NCBI GenBank assembly: GCA_041589075.1
Contig: JBFHWK010000003.1
Location: 1-53,054 of the forward strand
Length of the DNA: 53,054 nucleotides
Direction of reading: 5' to 3'
DNA from: Rhodothermales bacterium
GTDB taxonomy: Bacteria > Bacteroidota > Rhodothermia > Rhodothermales > JABDKH01
A model generated the notes under the pieces. It worked only from the letters and a program-made list of their open reading frames with translations. It made no database searches and had not been told where the DNA came from. The position numbers were made by a program, and so were the translations under genes. Shown piece by piece: positions 30,478-38,871 of the stretch (the first letter of the stretch is position 1; each line of letters starts with the position of its first letter).

Positions 30478-33300
30478 GTGCTCGCCATCGAAGACCCGAA
30501 CAGCGCACTTTTTACGCTCGATCCCTCCAACACCGAGATCTCGGAGCCGCAAGCGCGGCAGATAAACCTCCTGATCTCCATGCTATCGGAAGTGATCGTC
30601 GAGCAGGCCGGTGCAGAACGTCTTGAGGTTGCCCGACATCTCGCCGAGCTTTGTCGACAGGCAGCCGACGGGCAAGACCAAAAGCGCGAAGAGGCGGCGG
30701 CCGTCGTGAAGCGCCTCGATCTGGACACAATCGTGGCGTTGCTTCGCTCGTATACCGCGATGTTCCATCTCCTGAATCAAACTGAAAAACAGGAGATCGT
30801 CCGCATTAACCGTGAGCGCGCCCGGGCCAGTACCGTGGAGAAGCCGAGGCCGGAGTCGATTGACGAGGCAATCGGCAAGCTGAAGCGAATGGGTCTCGAC
30901 GCAACTGAAGTCGTTGCACTTCTTGACCGCATTGACATTCAACCCACGTTCACGGCACATCCCACCGAGGCACGCAGGCGCAGCATCTTGTTCAAGCAGC
31001 AAGCCATCGCTCGCATTCTCTCACTGCTTCGCGACTGCACTCTCACACCGGCCGAAGAGGAGGACGCGATTGCGGAACTACGGCACCAGATCGCGCTCAT
31101 GTTCGCGACCGACGAGGTTCGCAGTTCGCGCATGCGCGTTGAGACCGAAGTCGAGCACGGACTTTACTTCATGCGAAACGCAGTCTGGCAGACTCTGCCG
31201 CGCATACAGTATGAGGTGCGACGAGCCCTTCGCCGTCACTACGACATCGCGGTCGATTTGAAACCGATCGTCAGGATGCGGTCGTGGATAGGCAGCGATC
31301 GCGACGGCAATCCCTTTGTCACACCGGACGTGACGCGGCACACGGCGGCGTTTCAGAGAGCGACGGTTCTCGATCTTTACCTCAGCGAGCTTCGTGAGCT
31401 CCGGCGCGAACTCAGTATATCCGACCGTCAAGCACCGATACCGGATCTTCTGCGAGACTCCTTGGCTTCGGACGAACAGGAAATCGACCTGCCGAACATT
31501 GTAATTCAACTGTATGTGCGCGAACCGTACCGGCTCAAGATCAGCTATATGATGGCACGCGTCCGGCACCTTGCCGGCGAGGAAATCGTGCCGGGGGCGG
31601 ATCGCCATGGTCCACGTGCACTATATAGCGCCAGGCGTTTTGTTCAAGACCTCGAGCTTCTGCGAGACAGTCTCAACGAGAGTGCGATCGGCGACCTGGT
31701 GAAGGCAAGCCGCCTCGAGAGTCTGCTCGACCGAGCGCGCGCATTCGGCTTCCACCTGGCGGCCCTGGACATCAGACAGCACTCCGGTGTGATCGGTCAA
31801 GCAGTAGCGGAGATGCTCTCGCTCGCGGGTGTAACCGAGCGGTACCCCGACCTTTCTGAACAGGAACGGGTGGAGATTCTCACCCGTGAACTCGTCAACC
31901 CACGCCCTCTCCTATCGACGCGCACTGTGCTTTCGGAAAGTGCTGAGAGCGTTCTCTCGACGTTCAGTGTTATACGGGAAATCGGCGACCTCGATCAAGG
32001 TGCGTTGGGTTCATACGTCGTAAGTATGACCCACGCGGTGAGCAATCTCCTTGAGGTCATGCTGCTTGGAAAGGAGGTCGGGATCTGGCGAAAGGTCGAC
32101 GGCCGCGTCGATACAATACTCGACGTCGTGCCGCTCTTCGAGACCATCGAGGATCTGGCAAAGGCTGAAGACTTCATGGACTCGCTCTTCAGCAACGAGC
32201 TTTACCGGGAGCATCTCACCTCACGCGGCAACTTGCAGGAGATCATGCTCGGTTACTCGGACAGCAACAAGGACGGCGGTTACTGGATGGCCAACTGGGC
32301 CCTCTATGGTGCGCAGGGAAGTCTGGGACGCGTATGCCGGCGCCATAACGTCGACTTCCGGCTGTTTCACGGCAGAGGCGGAACGGTCGGCCGCGGTGGC
32401 GGTCGGGCAAACCAGGCGATTCTTGCGATGCCCGCCGCATCCCAGTCGGGCCGGATACGGTTCACGGAGCAGGGTGAAGTGATCAGCTTTCGCTATTCGC
32501 TTTCAGAAATTGCGCACCGCCACCTCGAGCAGATTGCCAACGCCACGATACTTGCTACGGCATCTGCCGAGAGAGGCCTCTCGTACGAGGGTGACGAGGC
32601 CAAGGTAGATGAGGCTTTGGTGACTGGCATCGCGGACCAATCCATGGAGGCCTACCGTGCTCTGATCAACGATCCAGCGCTGTGGTACTGGTACACGCGC
32701 ACGACCCCGATCGAGCATATCAGTCGGCTTCCGATTGCTTCGAGACCCGTCTCGCGCCGGGCAGCGAACGAGGTCGACTTCGAGAGCCTGCGCGCCATCC
32801 CCTGGGTCTTCTCGTGGACACAGGTGCGGTACATCGTTCCAGGATGGTACGGAATAGGATCTGCGCTACAGGCCGCGGTCGAAGCCGGGTCGCTGCCTGA
32901 CCTCGTCCGGTCCTACCAAGACTGGCCGTTCCTGAATGCAGTGATCGACAGCGCACAGCGGGAGATGGCCCGCGCACGGCTGGCAATTGCAGGTCGGTAC
33001 GCTCGGCTCGCCGAGAAAACAGACGGCGCCCGCGATTTCCACGAGCTCATATCGGAAGACTTCCGAAAAGCGGAAGAGTGTATCCTCGCGATCACCGGGC
33101 AGCAGGAACTGCTGGACAACAGCATGGTGATCAAGCACTCAATACGATTACGGAACCCGCTGACTGACGTGCAGAATCTGCTTCAGATCGAACTTATGAA
33201 GCGTTACAGGTCTGTGTCCGATGACGATAAGGAGCGATACCGCCGTGCTTTGTTCATGAGCATCAACGGCATCGCGGCGGCGATGCAAAGTACCGGCTGA
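30478..33300 (+). CDS. ppc: Phosphoenolpyruvate carboxylase
   Basis: TAHPTE, WIGSDRDGNP, VPLFET, MLGYSDSNKDGG, FHGRGGTVGRGG, LRAIPWVF, C-terminal INGIAAAMQSTG. Confidence 0.97.
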   Translation: MLAIEDPNSALFTLDPSNTEISEPQARQINLLISMLSEVIVEQAGAERLEVARHLAELCRQAADGQDQKREEAAAVVKRLDLDTIVALLRSYTAMFHLLNQTEKQEIVRINRERARASTVEKPRPESIDEAIGKLKRMGLDATEVVALLDRIDIQPTFTAHPTEARRRSILFKQQAIARILSLLRDCTLTPAEEEDAIAELRHQIALMFATDEVRSSRMRVETEVEHGLYFMRNAVWQTLPRIQYEVRRALRRHYDIAVDLKPIVRMRSWIGSDRDGNPFVTPDVTRHTAAFQRATVLDLYLSELRELRRELSISDRQAPIPDLLRDSLASDEQEIDLPNIVIQLYVREPYRLKISYMMARVRHLAGEEIVPGADRHGPRALYSARRFVQDLELLRDSLNESAIGDLVKASRLESLLDRARAFGFHLAALDIRQHSGVIGQAVAEMLSLAGVTERYPDLSEQERVEILTRELVNPRPLLSTRTVLSESAESVLSTFSVIREIGDLDQGALGSYVVSMTHAVSNLLEVMLLGKEVGIWRKVDGRVDTILDVVPLFETIEDLAKAEDFMDSLFSNELYREHLTSRGNLQEIMLGYSDSNKDGGYWMANWALYGAQGSLGRVCRRHNVDFRLFHGRGGTVGRGGGRANQAILAMPAASQSGRIRFTEQGEVISFRYSLSEIAHRHLEQIANATILATASAERGLSYEGDEAKVDEALVTGIADQSMEAYRALINDPALWYWYTRTTPIEHISRLPIASRPVSRRAANEVDFESLRAIPWVFSWTQVRYIVPGWYGIGSALQAAVEAGSLPDLVRSYQDWPFLNAVIDSAQREMARARLAIAGRYARLAEKTDGARDFHELISEDFRKAEECILAITGQQELLDNSMVIKHSIRLRNPLTDVQNLLQIELMKRYRSVSDDDKERYRRALFMSINGIAAAMQSTG

Positions 33301-33304
33301 TCCG

Positions 33305-34033
33305 CTAAGCGGCCTTGCGATAAGACCCTCGATCCACCACGCGCTCACGCAGAGGATCCAGCGGCACGAGGCGGGCGCCGCCTTCGAAGATTTCTTCGCC
33401 GTCCGTCGCCGCAAAGATTACCGGCAGGACCCGGTCAAGCACGTAGTCGATGGCAGGCCCGGCGCCATAGTGGAGAACGAAGGATTTCACCGCGGGTAGC
33501 GACGACAGGAAGTTGTTCACCTCGATTCGCGTCGGGTCGGACGAAGCGAAAACCATTCTATGTGGGCCCTGACCCTCGTCTGGCTCGGCGCCGTGGCCTA
33601 TCGGCAGTATTCGCAACGCGGCCATCGTCCGCCACTGACGGCGGTTGAACGTAGGCCGCACCTCTTTCAGAAAAACAGTTAGGTCGGATACTGACAGATC
33701 GACTTCCACAAAGCCGTACGTACGTGCTGCCAGGGCATAGAAGGCCTCTCGGTCGGCGCCGCTACGATCGGCTACGAAACGCCAGAATCGTCCGCGTTGC
33801 GGCCGCGGCACGCGTTTGAAGGCGGCCCAGGCCTCGTCCACTTGGCGGCCGGTCACCAGGGCGCACGAGAGCGCTGCCCGTACAACCCTGTCGCGGACGG
33901 ATTCGACAGAAAGACCCGTGGCGGCTTTCGGTTCATGCGAGAAGGACCCGCCGTTGCGGGACTGGTTCGGTTCTGGCATGGCAGGCAGGTGTTTGGCGAG
34001 CGGGGCGTTTGCGTCGAGCGTTAAATCGTGCAC
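33305..34033 (-). CDS. Stand-alone paralog of the PilB/GspE N-terminal (MshEN-like) domain
   Basis: Shares RDRVV, FWR, AARTYGF, ILPI and FASSDPTR.EV with residues ~150-300 of the neighbouring ATPase. Start is GTG 34033 or ATG 33979. Confidence 0.75.
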   Translation of the reverse strand: MHDLTLDANAPLAKHLPAMPEPNQSRNGGSFSHEPKAATGLSVESVRDRVVRAALSCALVTGRQVDEAWAAFKRVPRPQRGRFWRFVADRSGADREAFYALAARTYGFVEVDLSVSDLTVFLKEVRPTFNRRQWRTMAALRILPIGHGAEPDEGQGPHRMVFASSDPTRIEVNNFLSSLPAVKSFVLHYGAGPAIDYVLDRVLPVIFAATDGEEIFEGGARLVPLDPLRERVVDRGSYRKAA

Positions 34034-34055
34034 GCAAACGGGGGCTATACTTTCA

Positions 34056-34082
34056 GTATCGGTTCCGATTCGATACGATTAA
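34056..34082 (-). promoter_or_regulatory. Sigma28 (FliA)-type promoter
   Basis: TTAA-tcgtatcgaatcgga(15)-ACCGATAC on the minus strand, just upstream of 34033. Confidence 0.65.
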
Positions 34083-34107
34083 GCACTGTTTTTCGGATCA
34101 GGAAGCC

Positions 34108-36354
34108 CTAATCGGTGATTCCGGTGACCCTGACGAGTTCTTCGACCGACGTATCTCCGATCATGACAACGCGCTTCGCGGAGTCGCGCAGGGACCGCAT
34201 GCCCTCCTCCTGGGCCTGTCGCCGGAGGCTGTCCTCGTCGATGACGTCGCCGGCGGCAAGAACGAGCTTTCTGATCTCATTGGAAAACGGAAGTGTCTCA
34301 GCAATGGCGCGACGACCTTTGTAACCCTGGCCCCCGCATACACGACAATCCGAGTTGTAGGTCGCCTGGAAGAAGCGGGTGTCCTTGATTTCATCTTTGC
34401 CAAAACCGAGGTATCCCAGCAGCTCTTTGTCGTGAGTTTTCGTCTCCTTCTTGCACCCCGGGCATAGCTTGCGCACGAGTCGTTGGGCAACGACGATGTT
34501 GATCGCGTAGGCAATAAGAAAGGGCTCGATGCCCATCTTGTAGAGTCGACTAACCGCGCTCGTCGCGTCGTTTGTATGCAACGTCGAAAACGTCAGGTGC
34601 CCAGTATTGGCCAGCTTGATAGCAAGCTCAGCAGTCTGGCGGTCGCGCATCTCACCCACCATTACTATGTCCGGGTCGTGACGCAGAATGGACCGAAGAG
34701 CACCCTCCATATCCAGACGATGGCTCAGTTTTATCTGGCGCACTCCTCTGATCAGATACTCAACCGGATCCTCAACCGTGAGCACATTAACCTTGGGCGT
34801 GATCACCTGATGCAGTGCCGCTACGAGGGTGGTACTCTTACCCGATCCCGTTGGGCCGGTGAGGATAATCATGCCGTGCGGTTGACGGATCGCCGCGTCA
34901 AATCGGCTCATTGAGTCTTCGAGCATACCCAGCTTGCCGAGATCTGTGAGGACTTTGCGGTCGTCAAGTACACGGATAACGATGCTCTCGGCGTTTACGC
35001 CGGCACGATGCGAGGCAATCGGAAGAATCGAGACGCGAAATCGAATAACGGTCTCAGCAATCCGCCTCTGAATCGCGCCGTCTTGTGCCGTGTCCCGTTC
35101 GAAGCGGTCAACATTCATCGAATTGTCCTTGATAACCGCCAGGAATGCCTCGGGGTGAATGCGCTCTTCACAATGCCACCGTACAAGCTCGCCGTCGACA
35201 CGGAAGTTGATCTCGATCTGTCCTTCAGCGTTAGGAAACACGTGGACGTCGGATGCACCCTTCTTTACGGCTTCGACGAGAGCCGCCTCGAACAGGTTGA
35301 TAAGCGACGAGCGGTTGATCTCAGCCTCAAGTGCTTCCTCGTCTATAAGCTGATTCTTCTCCTCGTAGTTCGTGCCGAGGTCATAGATGAGCGGATCGTC
35401 GTTGAGTCGATCGAGGTACTCGTTTTTTGAGAGAAACCCTTCCGTGATGAGTTCGCCGATGAACGATTCAGAGGTGTACTGCAGCTCAAATCTCTTGAGG
35501 CGAAGCTGCTGGATGAGCTTGTGCACTTCCGGACGGGTAGGATCGTGCGTCGCAAAGATCCATAGTATCTCGCCCGTGCGTCGATCCGCCTTCTGCGCGA
35601 TTGGAATGACGAACAGTTCGATCATGCGATCGAGGTGCGGTCCTTCAAACTGCTCACCAATCGCTTCGATAAAGGCCAGTGCCTCGGCATAGGCGACTTT
35701 CGCTTCCTTGAAGGCGTAGACGTCCGCCGCCTCTCGATAAATTTGCTCGCGGTCAACCCGAGGATCCAGTGTGATCACGCGCCAGAGTGGAACACGGTAC
35801 CCTTCTTTCCGCAGACGTTTCCATTCCTCGAGACTGTCGTTGAGCTGCTCCTCCGTAATGAGCTTGCCGCCAATGAGGCGTTGGACGACGCGGTCACGAA
35901 TCTTCTTCCCGCCGACGATAGCAGGCTCCTCTTCAATGTCGATCGGGTTACCGTGCGCGTCGATCGGACCCGTGTACTCCTGGTCCTCGTCGTCTTCAAA
36001 GTCTGGTTCAGATTCCTCTTCCGGCGCTTGCGACTCGGGCACCGGTTCAAACGTGGCAACCGGAGGATGGTCTTCAGCGACTAGCGACGGTGCGTGATCT
36101 GCCGTGCCGTCATGATGCGGCGTCGTCCCTTCGAAGAAGCCCCGGTCGGAGTCACTCGCTTCGGTGGACTCACTTTGTTCCTCACTGTCCGAGTCTTCTG
36201 CCAACAGGTCGCGGCCCACCTCGGGCATCTCTGCGCCGGATTCTTCAAGTTCCGCGGCTTCCGCGGTCTCAAGATCAGACTCTTCGTCCAGCAGACTGGT
36301 AATCCGACCTATCTGTGCTCGAAAGTCAAAGCGCTTGGAGGATGATGTCTTCAT
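34108..36354 (-). CDS. PilB/GspE-family assembly ATPase with an acidic N-terminal extension
   Basis: ASDVHV, FRVDG, Walker A GPTGSGKST, TVEDPVE, LRHDPDIVMVGEMRD, TGHLTFSTLHTN, Zn site CPGC/CRVC and GYKGR. Confidence 0.93.
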   Translation of the reverse strand: MKTSSSKRFDFRAQIGRITSLLDEESDLETAEAAELEESGAEMPEVGRDLLAEDSDSEEQSESTEASDSDRGFFEGTTPHHDGTADHAPSLVAEDHPPVATFEPVPESQAPEEESEPDFEDDEDQEYTGPIDAHGNPIDIEEEPAIVGGKKIRDRVVQRLIGGKLITEEQLNDSLEEWKRLRKEGYRVPLWRVITLDPRVDREQIYREAADVYAFKEAKVAYAEALAFIEAIGEQFEGPHLDRMIELFVIPIAQKADRRTGEILWIFATHDPTRPEVHKLIQQLRLKRFELQYTSESFIGELITEGFLSKNEYLDRLNDDPLIYDLGTNYEEKNQLIDEEALEAEINRSSLINLFEAALVEAVKKGASDVHVFPNAEGQIEINFRVDGELVRWHCEERIHPEAFLAVIKDNSMNVDRFERDTAQDGAIQRRIAETVIRFRVSILPIASHRAGVNAESIVIRVLDDRKVLTDLGKLGMLEDSMSRFDAAIRQPHGMIILTGPTGSGKSTTLVAALHQVITPKVNVLTVEDPVEYLIRGVRQIKLSHRLDMEGALRSILRHDPDIVMVGEMRDRQTAELAIKLANTGHLTFSTLHTNDATSAVSRLYKMGIEPFLIAYAINIVVAQRLVRKLCPGCKKETKTHDKELLGYLGFGKDEIKDTRFFQATYNSDCRVCGGQGYKGRRAIAETLPFSNEIRKLVLAAGDVIDEDSLRRQAQEEGMRSLRDSAKRVVMIGDTSVEELVRVTGITD

Positions 36355-36489
36355 GGAGGGTGCGCAGCAAAGGTCAGCGGGCGAGCAAGGGCACGAAGGA
36401 GCGGTCGATGGTCGGATTGGCGGATAGGTCTAGTGCCCAGCCACGTCGCCGCCGAGACACGGTGGGGCCGGGCTGTGGACACCACTCGT

Positions 36490-36516
36490 ATATCGGCGGA
36501 ATGCAAGCCGAATTAA
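36490..36516 (-). promoter_or_regulatory. Sigma28 (FliA)-type promoter for the PilB/GspE gene
   Basis: TTAA-ttcggcttgcattcc(15)-GCCGATAT on the minus strand. Confidence 0.7.
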
Positions 36517-36585
36517 GCCATATCGGTGTGTCGGACAACACGACAACCACGCGTTGGAAGGCCCCAATTCCGGCTCGTCTTGCTA

Positions 36586-36612
36586 TTAATTATCGGTCAT
36601 GTGTGCCGATAA
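36586..36612 (+). promoter_or_regulatory. Sigma28 (FliA)-type promoter
   Basis: TTAA-ttatcggtcatgtgt(15)-GCCGATAA, with a perfect -10 box, about 50 nt upstream of ATG 36664. Confidence 0.72.
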
Positions 36613-36663
36613 AACCTGTACGTGTGCCGCAATACGGCGGACCACAGAAACCTTGATCCCGCC

Positions 36664-37104
36664 ATGATGGAGAGCATTGTCGTTGAAGCCATTCGCCAGT
36701 TCCCGGCCCTGGTGCTCGCCGGTTCCGCATTCTATTTCTATCGCCTGTCGAAAAAGGCCGCGAGTGTTTCGAAGCCCACTCCTGCCCTCCCCGAGGGCAT
36801 TTTGGACGAACTGCGCTCCGCTGTCGAGGCAACCGGTAGCCTCGAGCAACAACTTTCGGACCTGAGCCGCCGGATCGAGGATGTCGAAACCGACAAGCAG
36901 CACCTCGAGGAATCGGAGGAGAGTATCCGGTCGCAACTATCGAATCAGAAGATGGCTCTGAAGGAGTTTGGACGTGTATTATCGAAGACGTCCGAGCAGA
37001 CGTACACCGATTTCAACGCTTTCGAAGAGCGCCTTGGACGCATCGAGGAATCGCTGAACGAACGTGGCATGCTGAACGGCGAGAGCCGATCGGCGGCCGC
37101 CTGA
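36664..37104 (+). CDS. Membrane-anchored coiled-coil hypothetical protein
   Basis: N-terminal hydrophobic helix (FPALVLAGSAFYFY) followed by heptad-rich helices. Confidence 0.7.
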   Translation: MMESIVVEAIRQFPALVLAGSAFYFYRLSKKAASVSKPTPALPEGILDELRSAVEATGSLEQQLSDLSRRIEDVETDKQHLEESEESIRSQLSNQKMALKEFGRVLSKTSEQTYTDFNAFEERLGRIEESLNERGMLNGESRSAAA

Positions 37105-37124
37105 AAAAGCCCGTAGAAGTCACG

Positions 37125-37159
37125 AATCGGGTCCGCTACACAGCGGACCCGATTTTTTT
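37125..37159 (+). terminator. Rho-independent terminator
   Basis: 13-bp perfect stem AATCGGGTCCGCT-acac-AGCGGACCCGATT followed by a T run, 20 nt after the stop at 37104. Confidence 0.88.
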
Positions 37160-37291
37160 ACACCTGCCTCCATCGGGCTTCAGAGACGACGCGCGGTTAC
37201 AACCAACGACACACTTATCTTCCAGGCGTGACGGGCGCGCAGAGGCAACTGCCCTGACCGATCCAGCACACACTTCGTACTGTAGGTCTTC

Positions 37292-37990
37292 TTAGGCGGC
37301 CCGGCGCCTCCGCGGCTCCGCATCGCGCAGCCTGATCGGTATCGGAAGATGTCCGAGCACGTACCGGCGGTACCACCACAGCGAGTGTACGTACGCAAAC
37401 CGAGTGCACGACTTGATCACAGCGAACATGTACGATGGCGAGAGAAACTTCACGCGCACTGACTCTCCGGCTACGGCCCTGACGAGTTCGCGAACACGAG
37501 GATTTGCCGGGTCGAATGAGACATACGTCCACCGAACGCCGCCCTCAAGGGCATCGTTGGTTTCGCGGATCGGGAATATGCCGTTCTCCACAAGGAGGTG
37601 CCACTGACGATCCGAGATCTGCGAGCGACTCCACGACGCGAGTATCTGTGAACCCACAATGGAGACGTTCGCTTCGTCAAACGCATACGTCCGGGCCGCG
37701 CATCTAAAAACTGCCGCACTGTCAACTCCTTGCACATCGGCAAGGACACGCCATAGTGGCCTCGGGTCCTGTCTGTCCTGTTGGTAGACCCAAGCACTTT
37801 CGATCTGAATGACCTCCACAAGGCGCCGTTGAAGCAGGGTGCGCACGACGCGGTCCCGCTTTATGGCGCTCTCCAGCGAGACGCTGCGGATGACGCGTAG
37901 GCCATTCTCCTGCTGGCGATGACGCTTGGTGGAACCGAAGAGGCGGACAGCGAGTGACCCTTCACGGCCCTTTCGTCTGGCGAATCCCAT
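37292..37990 (-). CDS. Second stand-alone paralog of the PilB/GspE N-terminal (MshEN-like) domain
   Basis: RDRVV, PLWRV, AARTYAF, IFPI and W.YVSFDP. ATG 37990 chosen because the ORF-track start (38062) lies inside the promoter. Confidence 0.72.
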   Translation of the reverse strand: MGFARRKGREGSLAVRLFGSTKRHRQQENGLRVIRSVSLESAIKRDRVVRTLLQRRLVEVIQIESAWVYQQDRQDPRPLWRVLADVQGVDSAAVFRCAARTYAFDEANVSIVGSQILASWSRSQISDRQWHLLVENGIFPIRETNDALEGGVRWTYVSFDPANPRVRELVRAVAGESVRVKFLSPSYMFAVIKSCTRFAYVHSLWWYRRYVLGHLPIPIRLRDAEPRRRRAA

Positions 37991-38052
37991 TTGCGCGGCG
38001 ACAGTTCTTTCAGCGGTTGCGAATCCGACGCTTGCACGTCGATCTACGGAAC

Positions 38053-38079
38053 GTATCGGCACGGGTTCGACTGCGTTAA
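38053..38079 (-). promoter_or_regulatory. Sigma28 (FliA)-type promoter
   Basis: TTAA-cgcagtcgaacccgt(15)-GCCGATAC on the minus strand, about 60 nt upstream of ATG 37990. Confidence 0.7.
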
Positions 38080-38121
38080 CCGTTGCCGGATGCCCAAGCG
38101 GATCCTATCATGCAATTCGCG

Positions 38122-38871
38122 ATGAGACACACACAGTCACAGGTGCCGATCGAGTATACCCAGACGTTCCGGATGCGCGCGTACGAGGCCGGCGTACATG
38201 GTCGCCTGTCGATGGGCGCACTGTGTAACTATCTACAGGAGGCAGCGGCTGAACACGCTGCTCAGCTCGGTTTCGGGACGGCGTATTTCGCACCCCTGGG
38301 CCAATCCTGGGTCCTCCACCGCCTCCGTATCGAACTGACCGGACTTCCGACGTGGCCTGACGATGTGACCGTGTACACGTGGCCGTCCGGCACCGAGGCC
38401 GTGCGCGCAACACGTGAGTTTTTGGTGTCTGCTCCGAGTTGCGGCGAGTTCGCACGGGTAACGAGCGTCTGGCTACTCCTAGATATGGAGCGTCGGCGGC
38501 CCGTGAGAATGCCCGCGCATCTCCGGCAATTACAACCTCTGAATACGGAGCGAGCCGTCGAACTTCACGAGCCACCCGTACCTCCCGACACGGAGGGCAC
38601 GACGGATGAACGGAAAGTGTACCACAGCGATCTCGACGCGAACGGTCACGTCAACAATGTTCGGATTGCTACATGGATCACGGATAGTGCACGTCCCGAT
38701 CCGACATGGCAGCCCCGGCAGATCGACATCGTCTTTCAAAAAGAAGTTCTTCCCGGTCGCGTCGTCCGGATTCAGACCGCACACTCGACGGGCGAGAAAT
38801 GTTTTCGTCATGCGTTGTCGACTTCGGAAGACGGAATTCTTGCCCTTGCCGAAACTGTCTGGTCCGACTAG
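38122..38871 (+). CDS. Acyl-ACP thioesterase (double hotdog fold)
   Basis: LQEAAAEHA..LG, WVL.RL, TWP, S.W.LLD..RRP, DLDANGHVNN. The start could be 38110. Confidence 0.88.
   Translation: MRHTQSQVPIEYTQTFRMRAYEAGVHGRLSMGALCNYLQEAAAEHAAQLGFGTAYFAPLGQSWVLHRLRIELTGLPTWPDDVTVYTWPSGTEAVRATREFLVSAPSCGEFARVTSVWLLLDMERRRPVRMPAHLRQLQPLNTERAVELHEPPVPPDTEGTTDERKVYHSDLDANGHVNNVRIATWITDSARPDPTWQPRQIDIVFQKEVLPGRVVRIQTAHSTGEKCFRHALSTSEDGILALAETVWSD

Noticed and set aside
33305-38062. Stand-alone N-domain genes as pseudogene fragments of a duplicated pilB
   Set aside because: Both are intact ORFs, highly diverged but with conserved motifs, each has its own promoter, and no ATPase remnants follow them.
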